A stretch of 50,499 nucleotides of DNA from Nitrospiraceae bacterium. Lineage in GTDB: Bacteria; Nitrospirota; Nitrospiria; Nitrospirales; Nitrospiraceae. The stretch lies in NCBI GenBank assembly GCA_014379455.1, contig JACMLT010000287.1:1-50499 (forward strand). Reading direction: 5' to 3'. Each line of letters starts with the position of its first letter. Within the stretch, counting starts at the first letter, position 1. Below the pieces are notes generated by a model that was not told the DNA's origin, made no database searches, and saw nothing but the letters and a program-made list of their open reading frames with translations. Of this stretch, positions 45,319 to 50,499 are shown one piece after another. A program made the translations under genes and the position numbers.

Positions 45319-45939
45319 TTATGCTTGATGGAGGCGCGGACCCTGTCGCATGCCACCCTTATGTGGATTGTCATTCATGGGGCCGCCCGAGCCACCATGA
45401 GGGTTGCTGTAACCTTTGCCGGCGTCCTTGTGCTGCTGCATCGCTTTATCGTGCTCGCTCTTTTCCTTGGCACGCTGCTCCGGCGTCAAGAGGGCGTACA
45501 CATCCCGACGGGCCTTGACGGAGACCATGCGCAAGCCGACTTGCAAATCCCCGCTTTGCTTCAACTTGGCTTCGATTGCCCCCAGATCGGATTTCTCATC
45601 TTCGGTTAGGGCTTTCAACTCGCGCTCCGCAACCTGGATATCGGCCTCGGTCTTGATACGGGTCTTGTCCAGATTTAGCTGCATGTCTTTGAGTTTCGCG
45701 ACCTGCTCCGAGGTGAGCCCGATGTCTTTTTCATGCTTGAGCAGATGTCGGATCAAATGGCCCGTGCTGTTGTGCATCATGTCCGCGCCATGTCCACCCA
45801 TCGAACTATGTCCGCCGCCTCCGTGTCCTTCTTTGCCGTAGTAGCCTGGCTCATTGGCCCAGGCCGTAGACATCCCCACGGTCAGTGCAAATACCGATGC
45901 GATGCTCAGCGTCACGATGGTGCGTGTTCCCTGCTTCAT
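45319..45939 (-). CDS. periplasmic Spy/CpxP/ZraP-family (LTxxQ) protein, His/Gly/Met-rich
   Basis: AGGAGG (45950..45945 on the minus strand) lies 5 nt before ATG 45939. The signal peptide is MKQGTRTIVTLSIASVFALTVGMSTAWA. LTxxQ motifs LTSEQVAKL and LTPEQRAKE are present. His-rich tracts are GHGGGGHSSMGGHGADMMHNSTGH and NPHGGSGGPMNDNPHKGG. Confidence 0.75.
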   Translation of the reverse strand: MKQGTRTIVTLSIASVFALTVGMSTAWANEPGYYGKEGHGGGGHSSMGGHGADMMHNSTGHLIRHLLKHEKDIGLTSEQVAKLKDMQLNLDKTRIKTEADIQVAERELKALTEDEKSDLGAIEAKLKQSGDLQVGLRMVSVKARRDVYALLTPEQRAKEKSEHDKAMQQHKDAGKGYSNPHGGSGGPMNDNPHKGGMRQGPRLHQA

Positions 45940-46352
45940 ACTTGCCTCCTTAGGTTGAACCGAATGAAGAGACCTGATTCTAGAAAGGTGAATGTCCCAA
46001 TAACCATTTCGATGCACTTCTTCCTCCTCAGGCGCGCCACGTTACGTATGCACCCTGCTCCATCACGCAGATCATCATTTTCTTACAAGTTGATGTATCC
46101 GCTGGGCGTTGGAGGCCCTCAGCGCGAGATTTCTGTAGCTTGCCAGATCACCCAACGCAACGCAAGCCAACAACATCGCTCCAGGGTCCACGAGTCGGTT
46201 TTTTGTTACTCCCAAGATGATGGTGAAAAGGTCGCAGGTTCTGCCCCTCCCTTGGCACTGATGGGGGCAATTAATGGGAATATTGTTCTTAGGTATCCCC
46301 GTGCAGTCTATTCCGGTGTCTCTCGGGCCGAAGACCGCCAGGGGAGTGGGCG

Positions 46353-47384
46353 TCAGGGTTGTGATCGGCGTTGAGCCTGGGCGAGTAACTCGGCACGCGG
46401 GTCTGGATGCGCAATGGCCCTGAGCTGGTCGTACAGTTTGTGTTCCGCGTCGGTCGATGAGGGCGGCATCACGATCTGGATTGTCAGGAAGAGGTCGCCA
46501 TGGCCGCCGGCCGCAGCCGGGAGCCCTTTGCCCTTCAGTCGAAGCTTACTCTCAGCGCGGCTTCCCGGAGGAACTTTCACCCGGACCGGTTCCATCAGTG
46601 TGGGGGCCATGACATCGGCTCCCAAGGCCGCCTCCCACGGAAAGACTGGGAGGGACACGTGAATGTCGCTCCCTTGTCGGCGAAAGACGCTGTCCGGAGC
46701 GATCGCGACACGCAGGTACAAGTCGCCGGGCTTGCCGCCGTTGGCGCCGGCTTGTCCCTTGCCGGCCACGCGTACCCTCGTCCCATCCTGGACTCCGGCG
46801 GGGATTCGGACTTCGATCGTATTGGGATGCAGCGTGGCACCCTGTCCCTGGCAGGTTGGACAGGGGCGTCCACGAAAGGCTCCGCTTCCGTGGCAGATGG
46901 CGCAAGGCACCGGCGCTTGCAACGTCACGCGCTTCGTCACGCCGGTGAACACCTCGGCGAGCGCTAGGTGGACCTCCGTTTCAAGGTCCTCCCCCTGCAC
47001 GGCAAATCCACGGCTGTTGCCGGGTTGCCCTCGTCCTTTGAACAGATTTTCGAAGATGTCTGAAAAACCTTCTCCGCCGAATGAACCCCCCGGGCCGCTT
47101 CCTGCCTGGGGACCAGCCTGCCGGCGCGCCTGTTCGTAGGCCTCGGCTTGTTCCCAGTTCGCTCCATATTGATCGTATTTCTTGCGCTTGTCTGGCTCGC
47201 CCAAGACTTCGTGCGCCGCGTTCAACTCCTTGAACTTCTTCTCCATCTCGGATTTCCTGGCGCCGCTGTGCATGTCGGGATGGAATTGGCGCGCAAGGCG
47301 GCGATAGGCCTTCTTAATGTCGTCCGCCGAGGCAGACTTGGAAAGACCAAGAACCTGATAGTAGTCGCGTGATGTGGTTGCCAT
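46353..47384 (-). CDS. DnaJ-class J-domain co-chaperone with only two CxxCxGxG repeats
   Basis: J domain DYYQVLGLSKSASADDIKKAYRRLARQFHPD, a G/F-rich linker, CAICHGSG and CPTCQGQG only, and a C-terminal substrate-binding-like region. Confidence 0.85.
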   Translation of the reverse strand: MATTSRDYYQVLGLSKSASADDIKKAYRRLARQFHPDMHSGARKSEMEKKFKELNAAHEVLGEPDKRKKYDQYGANWEQAEAYEQARRQAGPQAGSGPGGSFGGEGFSDIFENLFKGRGQPGNSRGFAVQGEDLETEVHLALAEVFTGVTKRVTLQAPVPCAICHGSGAFRGRPCPTCQGQGATLHPNTIEVRIPAGVQDGTRVRVAGKGQAGANGGKPGDLYLRVAIAPDSVFRRQGSDIHVSLPVFPWEAALGADVMAPTLMEPVRVKVPPGSRAESKLRLKGKGLPAAAGGHGDLFLTIQIVMPPSSTDAEHKLYDQLRAIAHPDPRAELLAQAQRRSQP

Positions 47385-47437
47385 GGAAGCGGAGATACGG
47401 TTGCTTTGGTAGAGGTCAACTATCTGGAACGCAGCTT

Positions 47438-47462
47438 ACGGGGTCGAGGGAGGCTTTTCAAG
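47438..47462 (-). promoter_or_regulatory. candidate sigma32 (RpoH)-type heat-shock promoter for the DnaJ-like gene
   Basis: The minus strand reads CTTGAAA (47462..47456), 12 nt, CCCCGT (47443..47438), compared with the E. coli-type consensus CTTGAA-N13-17-CCCCAT. It lies about 55 nt upstream of ATG 47384. Confidence 0.35.
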
Positions 47463-47817
47463 TGCTGATAGGGGCCGGATTAGCAGGCTGTGGAAATGCA
47501 GTGCCGCTCCGCCAGAAATCCAATCGGTGCATGTCGGGAGAATAGGGTGTAATCCACAGGATGCTCAAAAGGTTGTCCAGTAAGACCGCAGCCAATGACC
47601 GCACCGCAGGCGTAGCATTTCTCAACCGCCCAAACCCTGGCGCGCCAAGTCCCAGGCAAGGCCGCAGCGAGAACCTTCCAACTCCTTATACCTCACTTAA
47701 GGGGAGTGGCCGAGGTTGCCCTTTACTGCGCGCATCGAACGAGCACATTCTTATCGTGCGCGTTCTGCGAGCAAGAAGGGCACCTGGCCGCTCCCCGCTC
47801 CCTTTTTCAGCATCCTG

Positions 47818-48756
47818 TCACCGTGGGACGACGGTCTTGGCCTTTGCCATCATCTTGCAGTAGGAGCAGACTTCGGCGGTGGTGGGTTGACTGCATGAGG
47901 CGCAGGGATGGAGGACAGCTCGGTCTTTTTCCGTCATCGTAATGGCGGTAGGCTGCTTCTTGCGTTGCTTGTCCAGAAAACCCCAGTAGAACGTCTGCTT
48001 CGTCCCCGGGGACTCGGTCTCCAGACGATTCAACACCTCTTTGTACTGGAGCATCTTGGAGCCCTTGGCCATGGGGCATTCTTCAACGATGTAATCGATT
48101 CGGTTCAAGACCGCATAGGCCGCCAGTTCTCGTTCCGAGAGCCGGTAGAGGGGCTTCACCTTCTTGGCAAACCCTGCCACTGAAGCCGGTAGCGAGGGAC
48201 CCTGTTTGTCGAGATATTCTTCTTGCCAATGCAGCACGTTGCCCAGGAGTCTGGCCGCTTCGTCATCGAGATTGTGGCCCGTCGCCATGACATCGTAGTT
48301 CTGCTCGATCGCTACACGATTGAATTGGTAGCGTTTGATCGTGCCGCAAGTCGAGCAGGTTGGGCGATGGATGAGCTGGGCCAGTTCCTTGATCCCTGCA
48401 CCGGCCTCCTGCTCGACCGTATGGAGGTGCAACGTGGCTCCATGTGAGGTCGCGACCGCCTCGGCGAATTTCGTCACCTTGGCGTGTGACTGTTCAGAGT
48501 AGACTCCGATACCGAGATCCACATAGAGCCCGTCGGCGCGGTAGCCGAGCTTGAGCAAAATGTTCCAGAGTGCCAGACTGTCCTTTCCTCCGGACACCGC
48601 CACAAGAATCCGCTCTTCTTTCCCAAACATCCACTCCGACTTGATTGCCCGCGCCACCTGATCGTGGACGAATCCAGTGAAGCAACCTTTGCAGAAAGCC
48701 GCATTATGCCGCGGAAGATCGATCACCGCTTTGGTTTTACATTTGGTGCAGTTCAT
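47818..48756 (-). CDS. ttuA: tRNA 2-thiolation PP-loop ATPase, TtuA-like
   Basis: N-terminal Zn finger CTKCK...CKGC, PP-loop VAVSGGKDSLALW, cluster Cys PTCSTCG and EECPMAKG, ATGHNLDDEAA, and C-terminal Zn finger CASCS...CSYCK. The architecture and many blocks match my recollection of Thermus TtuA. ATG 48756 is preferred over the track start 48831. Confidence 0.8.
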   Translation of the reverse strand: MNCTKCKTKAVIDLPRHNAAFCKGCFTGFVHDQVARAIKSEWMFGKEERILVAVSGGKDSLALWNILLKLGYRADGLYVDLGIGVYSEQSHAKVTKFAEAVATSHGATLHLHTVEQEAGAGIKELAQLIHRPTCSTCGTIKRYQFNRVAIEQNYDVMATGHNLDDEAARLLGNVLHWQEEYLDKQGPSLPASVAGFAKKVKPLYRLSERELAAYAVLNRIDYIVEECPMAKGSKMLQYKEVLNRLETESPGTKQTFYWGFLDKQRKKQPTAITMTEKDRAVLHPCASCSQPTTAEVCSYCKMMAKAKTVVPR

Positions 48757-48763
48757 TCTTCTC

Positions 48764-48985
48764 TCATGAGACGTGAGGCGTGAAATCTGGGGAACCACCA
48801 GAGATAACGGGTCGGATTTCAATCTGATCACCGTCGTAGAGCATCTCGTCTTCGGTGACGAGATCGTCGCCTTTGATCACGAGATGCGCTTCGACGACGA
48901 GGTTCAATTCGCGCAAGAGTTCCTTGACCTTCTTGGGGCCTTTGACCTCGACAGTTCTGGCTGGATGGCTGAGTTGGACGTGCAT
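48764..48985 (-). CDS. ttuB: ThiS/MoaD-fold ubiquitin-like sulfur carrier, TtuB-like, with a 9-residue tail after Gly-Gly
   Basis: 73 aa. MHVQLSHPARTVEVKG...IEIRPVISGG follows the TtuB/ThiS pattern, then SPDFTPHVS precedes the TGA. The stop lies 7 nt upstream of the ttuA ATG. Confidence 0.7.
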   Translation of the reverse strand: MHVQLSHPARTVEVKGPKKVKELLRELNLVVEAHLVIKGDDLVTEDEMLYDGDQIEIRPVISGGSPDFTPHVS

Positions 48986-49074
48986 GGGAGGATCTTAAGC
49001 TTCCATGCGTGCAGGGGGCAAGGGGTGAGCCCGGCAGGATCCTGAAAAAGTTTGTCAGCGTCATTTCCGAGAGC

Positions 49075-49149
49075 CGTGAAAGGTCAAACCTCAGGATATC
49101 GGGGTTTTTCCGAAACCTTTCATGTCTAACGATTCACGTCTCACGGTTC
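49075..49149. repeat. palindromic repeat unit downstream of galT (copy A)
   Basis: CGTGAAAGGTCAAACCT (49075..49091) matches 50193..50209 at 16 of 17 positions. CGTCTCACGGTTC (49137..49149) matches 50278..50290 at 12 of 13 positions. An internal hairpin pairs TGAAAGGT (49077..49084) with ACCTTTCA (49115..49122). Confidence 0.6.
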
Positions 49150-49150
49150 C

Positions 49151-50155
49151 TCAGATCCCCGCCTCCCGCAGAAATTTTGCCGATTCTTCCGGCGCCACAG
49201 GATTGATGTAAAACCCGGTGCCCCATTCGAAGCCGGCGACTTGCGTGAGCTTGGGAATGATTTCGATGTGCCAGTGGTAGAAATCCCCTGTTTTCTCGTG
49301 GAGAGGGGAGCTATGGAGAATGAAGTTGTAGGCGGGCTTTGCGAGGATCTTATCCATCCGACGTAGCGCTTCCGAAAGAATCGGCGCAAGGAACTCGAAT
49401 TGTGTTTTTTGGCTCTCTTCGAAGTAGCCGGCGTGGCGCTTCGGGAGAATCCACATCTCAAAGGGAAAGCGTGGAGCATAGGGAGTGACGCAGAGGAACT
49501 CGTGATTTTCCGCCACGATCCGATCGCCGTCTGAGAGGTCCTGCCGGAGGATATCGCAGTAGATACAGCGTTCTTTCTGCTCATAATGGGCCCGGCATCC
49601 GTCGATTTCTTCGAACACGCTGGTAGGAATGATTGGCAAGGCAATGAGTTGTGAGTGGCTGTGCTCTAGTGTGGCGCCGGCTGATGCTCCGTGGTTCTTA
49701 AAAATCAGAATGTAACGGAACCGCACGTCCTTCTTGAGATCGATCATGCGGTCGCGATAGGCCCACAGCACGTCATCGATCCGCTTTGTCGGCATGTCGG
49801 CCAGGCTTTCTGTGTGGCTCGGGGTCTCGATGATGACTTCATGGGCCCCGATCCCATTCATGCGATCATAGAGGCCGTGGCCTTGGCGGTCGAGAGTGCC
49901 TTCGATTTGGAGTGCGGGAAACTTATTCGGCACGACACGCACGGTCCAGTTCGGGTTATTGGGTTCCACCGGCTGTGGCCGATAGGCCATAATTTCTTTC
50001 GGCGTCAGTCGTTCTTGTCCCGGGCAAAAAGGGCAGAGAGTTGCGGCCAACGGACGAGTGGGTTGCACGGGAACGAAGTCGTGAGGCCGAGCGCTACGTT
50101 CCGTCGAAATAATGACCCACCGACCGACAATCGGATCACGGCGTAAATCAGGCAT
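49151..50155 (-). CDS. galT: galactose-1-phosphate uridylyltransferase (HIT superfamily, GalT type)
   Basis: CPFCPG zinc site, HSHSQLIALP (HxHxQ) and 334 aa. GGAGG lies 5 nt before ATG 50155 on the minus strand. Confidence 0.85.
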   Translation of the reverse strand: MPDLRRDPIVGRWVIISTERSARPHDFVPVQPTRPLAATLCPFCPGQERLTPKEIMAYRPQPVEPNNPNWTVRVVPNKFPALQIEGTLDRQGHGLYDRMNGIGAHEVIIETPSHTESLADMPTKRIDDVLWAYRDRMIDLKKDVRFRYILIFKNHGASAGATLEHSHSQLIALPIIPTSVFEEIDGCRAHYEQKERCIYCDILRQDLSDGDRIVAENHEFLCVTPYAPRFPFEMWILPKRHAGYFEESQKTQFEFLAPILSEALRRMDKILAKPAYNFILHSSPLHEKTGDFYHWHIEIIPKLTQVAGFEWGTGFYINPVAPEESAKFLREAGI

Positions 50156-50179
50156 CTTTTCCTCCGTTACACGTGAAGC

Positions 50180-50299
50180 GTAAAAGGTGAAACGTGAAAG
50201 GTGAAACCTTCAACGTGAGAGGCCGGATGGAAGAAGGCCGTTCGTTGCTCAGGGCTATTCCCGGGGCAACACTCGTTCGTTTCACGGTTCACCTTTTAC
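50180..50299. repeat. long inverted repeat / palindromic repeat unit upstream of galT (copy B)
   Basis: GTAAAAGGTGAAACGTGAAA (50180..50199) pairs with TTTCACGGTTCACCTTTTAC (50280..50299), 19 of 20 complementary, enclosing 80 nt. The left arm contains the heptamer tandem GTGAAAC GTGAAAG GTGAAAC (50187..50207). Confidence 0.65.
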
Positions 50300-50311
50300 C
50301 TCTCGCGCCCA

Positions 50312-50499
50312 TCAGACTCGCCATAGATTTGCTTCGAACTCCGGACCTGGAACAAGGAAGAGCGCAGGCTTGTGGTGCGGATAACGTGCGATTTCCAAAT
50401 GATGTTCCAACACCAGAATGGTCATGTGGAGTTCCTGTCCGGCCATGAGCTGTAGCTCCTTGAATGGCACAGCCAGTTCTATAATATTTCGATGACAAA
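50312..50499 (-). CDS. 3' end of an unidentified CDS (5' part outside the window)
   Basis: A minus-strand frame is open from 50497 to TGA at 50314..50312 and encodes ...NIIELAVPFKELQLMAGQELHMTILVLEHHLEIARYPHHKPALFLVPGPEFEANLWRV. It is not in the ORF track because it is too short from its first Met. It looks more protein-like than the two listed ORFs here. The family was not recognised. Confidence 0.35.
   Translation of the reverse strand, partial: CHRNIIELAVPFKELQLMAGQELHMTILVLEHHLEIARYPHHKPALFLVPGPEFEANLWRV

Noticed and set aside
46253-46268. TGGCAC…GGGCAA, a sigma54-like element on the plus strand.
   Set aside because: The GG to GC register is 13 rather than 12 nt, and there is no plus-strand gene downstream.
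47479-47510. CIRCE-like (HrcA operator) sequence TTAGCAGGC-N-CAGTGCC upstream of the DnaJ-like gene.
   Set aside because: Only about 11 of 18 positions match TTAGCACTC-N9-GAGTGCTAA, the two halves are not mutually complementary, and the spacing is off by one.
47561-47863. 100-aa plus-strand ORF in the ttuA/DnaJ spacer.
   Set aside because: Its composition is Arg/Pro/Ser/Ala-rich and low-complexity, it has no SD, and its 3' end runs antisense into ttuA.
50194-50498. Two listed ORFs, 50194..50448 (+) and 50289..50498 (-).
   Set aside because: Both run through the long inverted repeat and heptamer repeats and translate to low-complexity sequence. A third frame (minus strand, ending at TGA 50314..50312) gives a more protein-like C-terminus and leaves the repeat intergenic.
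1-50499. A search by eye for CRISPR arrays, tRNA or rRNA genes, IS elements, integrases, prophage genes, toxin-antitoxin pairs or known defence-system hallmarks (nucleases, helicases, STAND/AAA ATPases, reverse transcriptases).
   Set aside because: None was recognised. All sizeable ORFs are accounted for by housekeeping, pilin-associated or glycan-biosynthesis functions. The only unassigned proteins are 9135..10019, 31171..32202 and the partial CDS at the right edge.

Overview
This 50.5-kb bacterial chromosomal window contains no rRNA, tRNA, CRISPR array, transposase, integrase or recognisable defence gene. All family calls come from reading motifs in the supplied translations; no database or HMM search was run.

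Left flank (+ strand): the 3' part of serA, then hisZ and dnaB.

Pilin neighbourhood:
- a TPR lipoprotein behind a near-consensus sigma70 promoter
- a Myxococcus/Geobacter-type major type IV pilin with a candidate sigma54 promoter
- a Wzy_C (O-antigen-ligase family) plus TPR membrane protein directly downstream of the pilin
- a trio of unknown accessory protein, ABC ATPase and ABC-2 permease, in the arrangement of M. xanthus pilG/pilH/pilI

Glycan cluster (12004..43509, about 31.5 kb, all on the + strand), which follows with essentially no break:
- Wzm/Wzt exporter, where Wzt carries a C-terminal extension
- a WecA/MraY-family initiating transferase
- 11 glycosyltransferase-like genes: 3 GT2, 4 GT4, 3 CgeB-like and 1 DxD GT-A-like
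- 8 SAM methyltransferases, 2 of them FkbM-type
- 2 DegT aminotransferases
- 2 extended SDRs, one lacking the catalytic Tyr
- a UDP-galactopyranose-mutase-like flavoprotein
- a frameshifted AT3 acyltransferase and a separate SGNH protein
- no wzx, wzy or wzz

Right flank (- strand): ilvD, a His/Met-rich Spy/CpxP-like protein, a DnaJ-type protein with a half zinc finger and a sigma32-like promoter, a TtuA/TtuB tRNA-thiolation pair, galT bracketed by related palindromic repeats, and the 3' end of an unidentified CDS.

Most noteworthy observations:
- the pilin and Wzy_C pairing, a candidate pilin O-glycosylation system, physically joined to a PilGHI-like ABC module and a heavily methyltransferase-loaded ABC-dependent glycan cluster
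- the broken AT3 gene next to an intact SGNH partner
- the TtuB-like carrier extended 9 residues past its Gly-Gly
- the repeat units flanking galT
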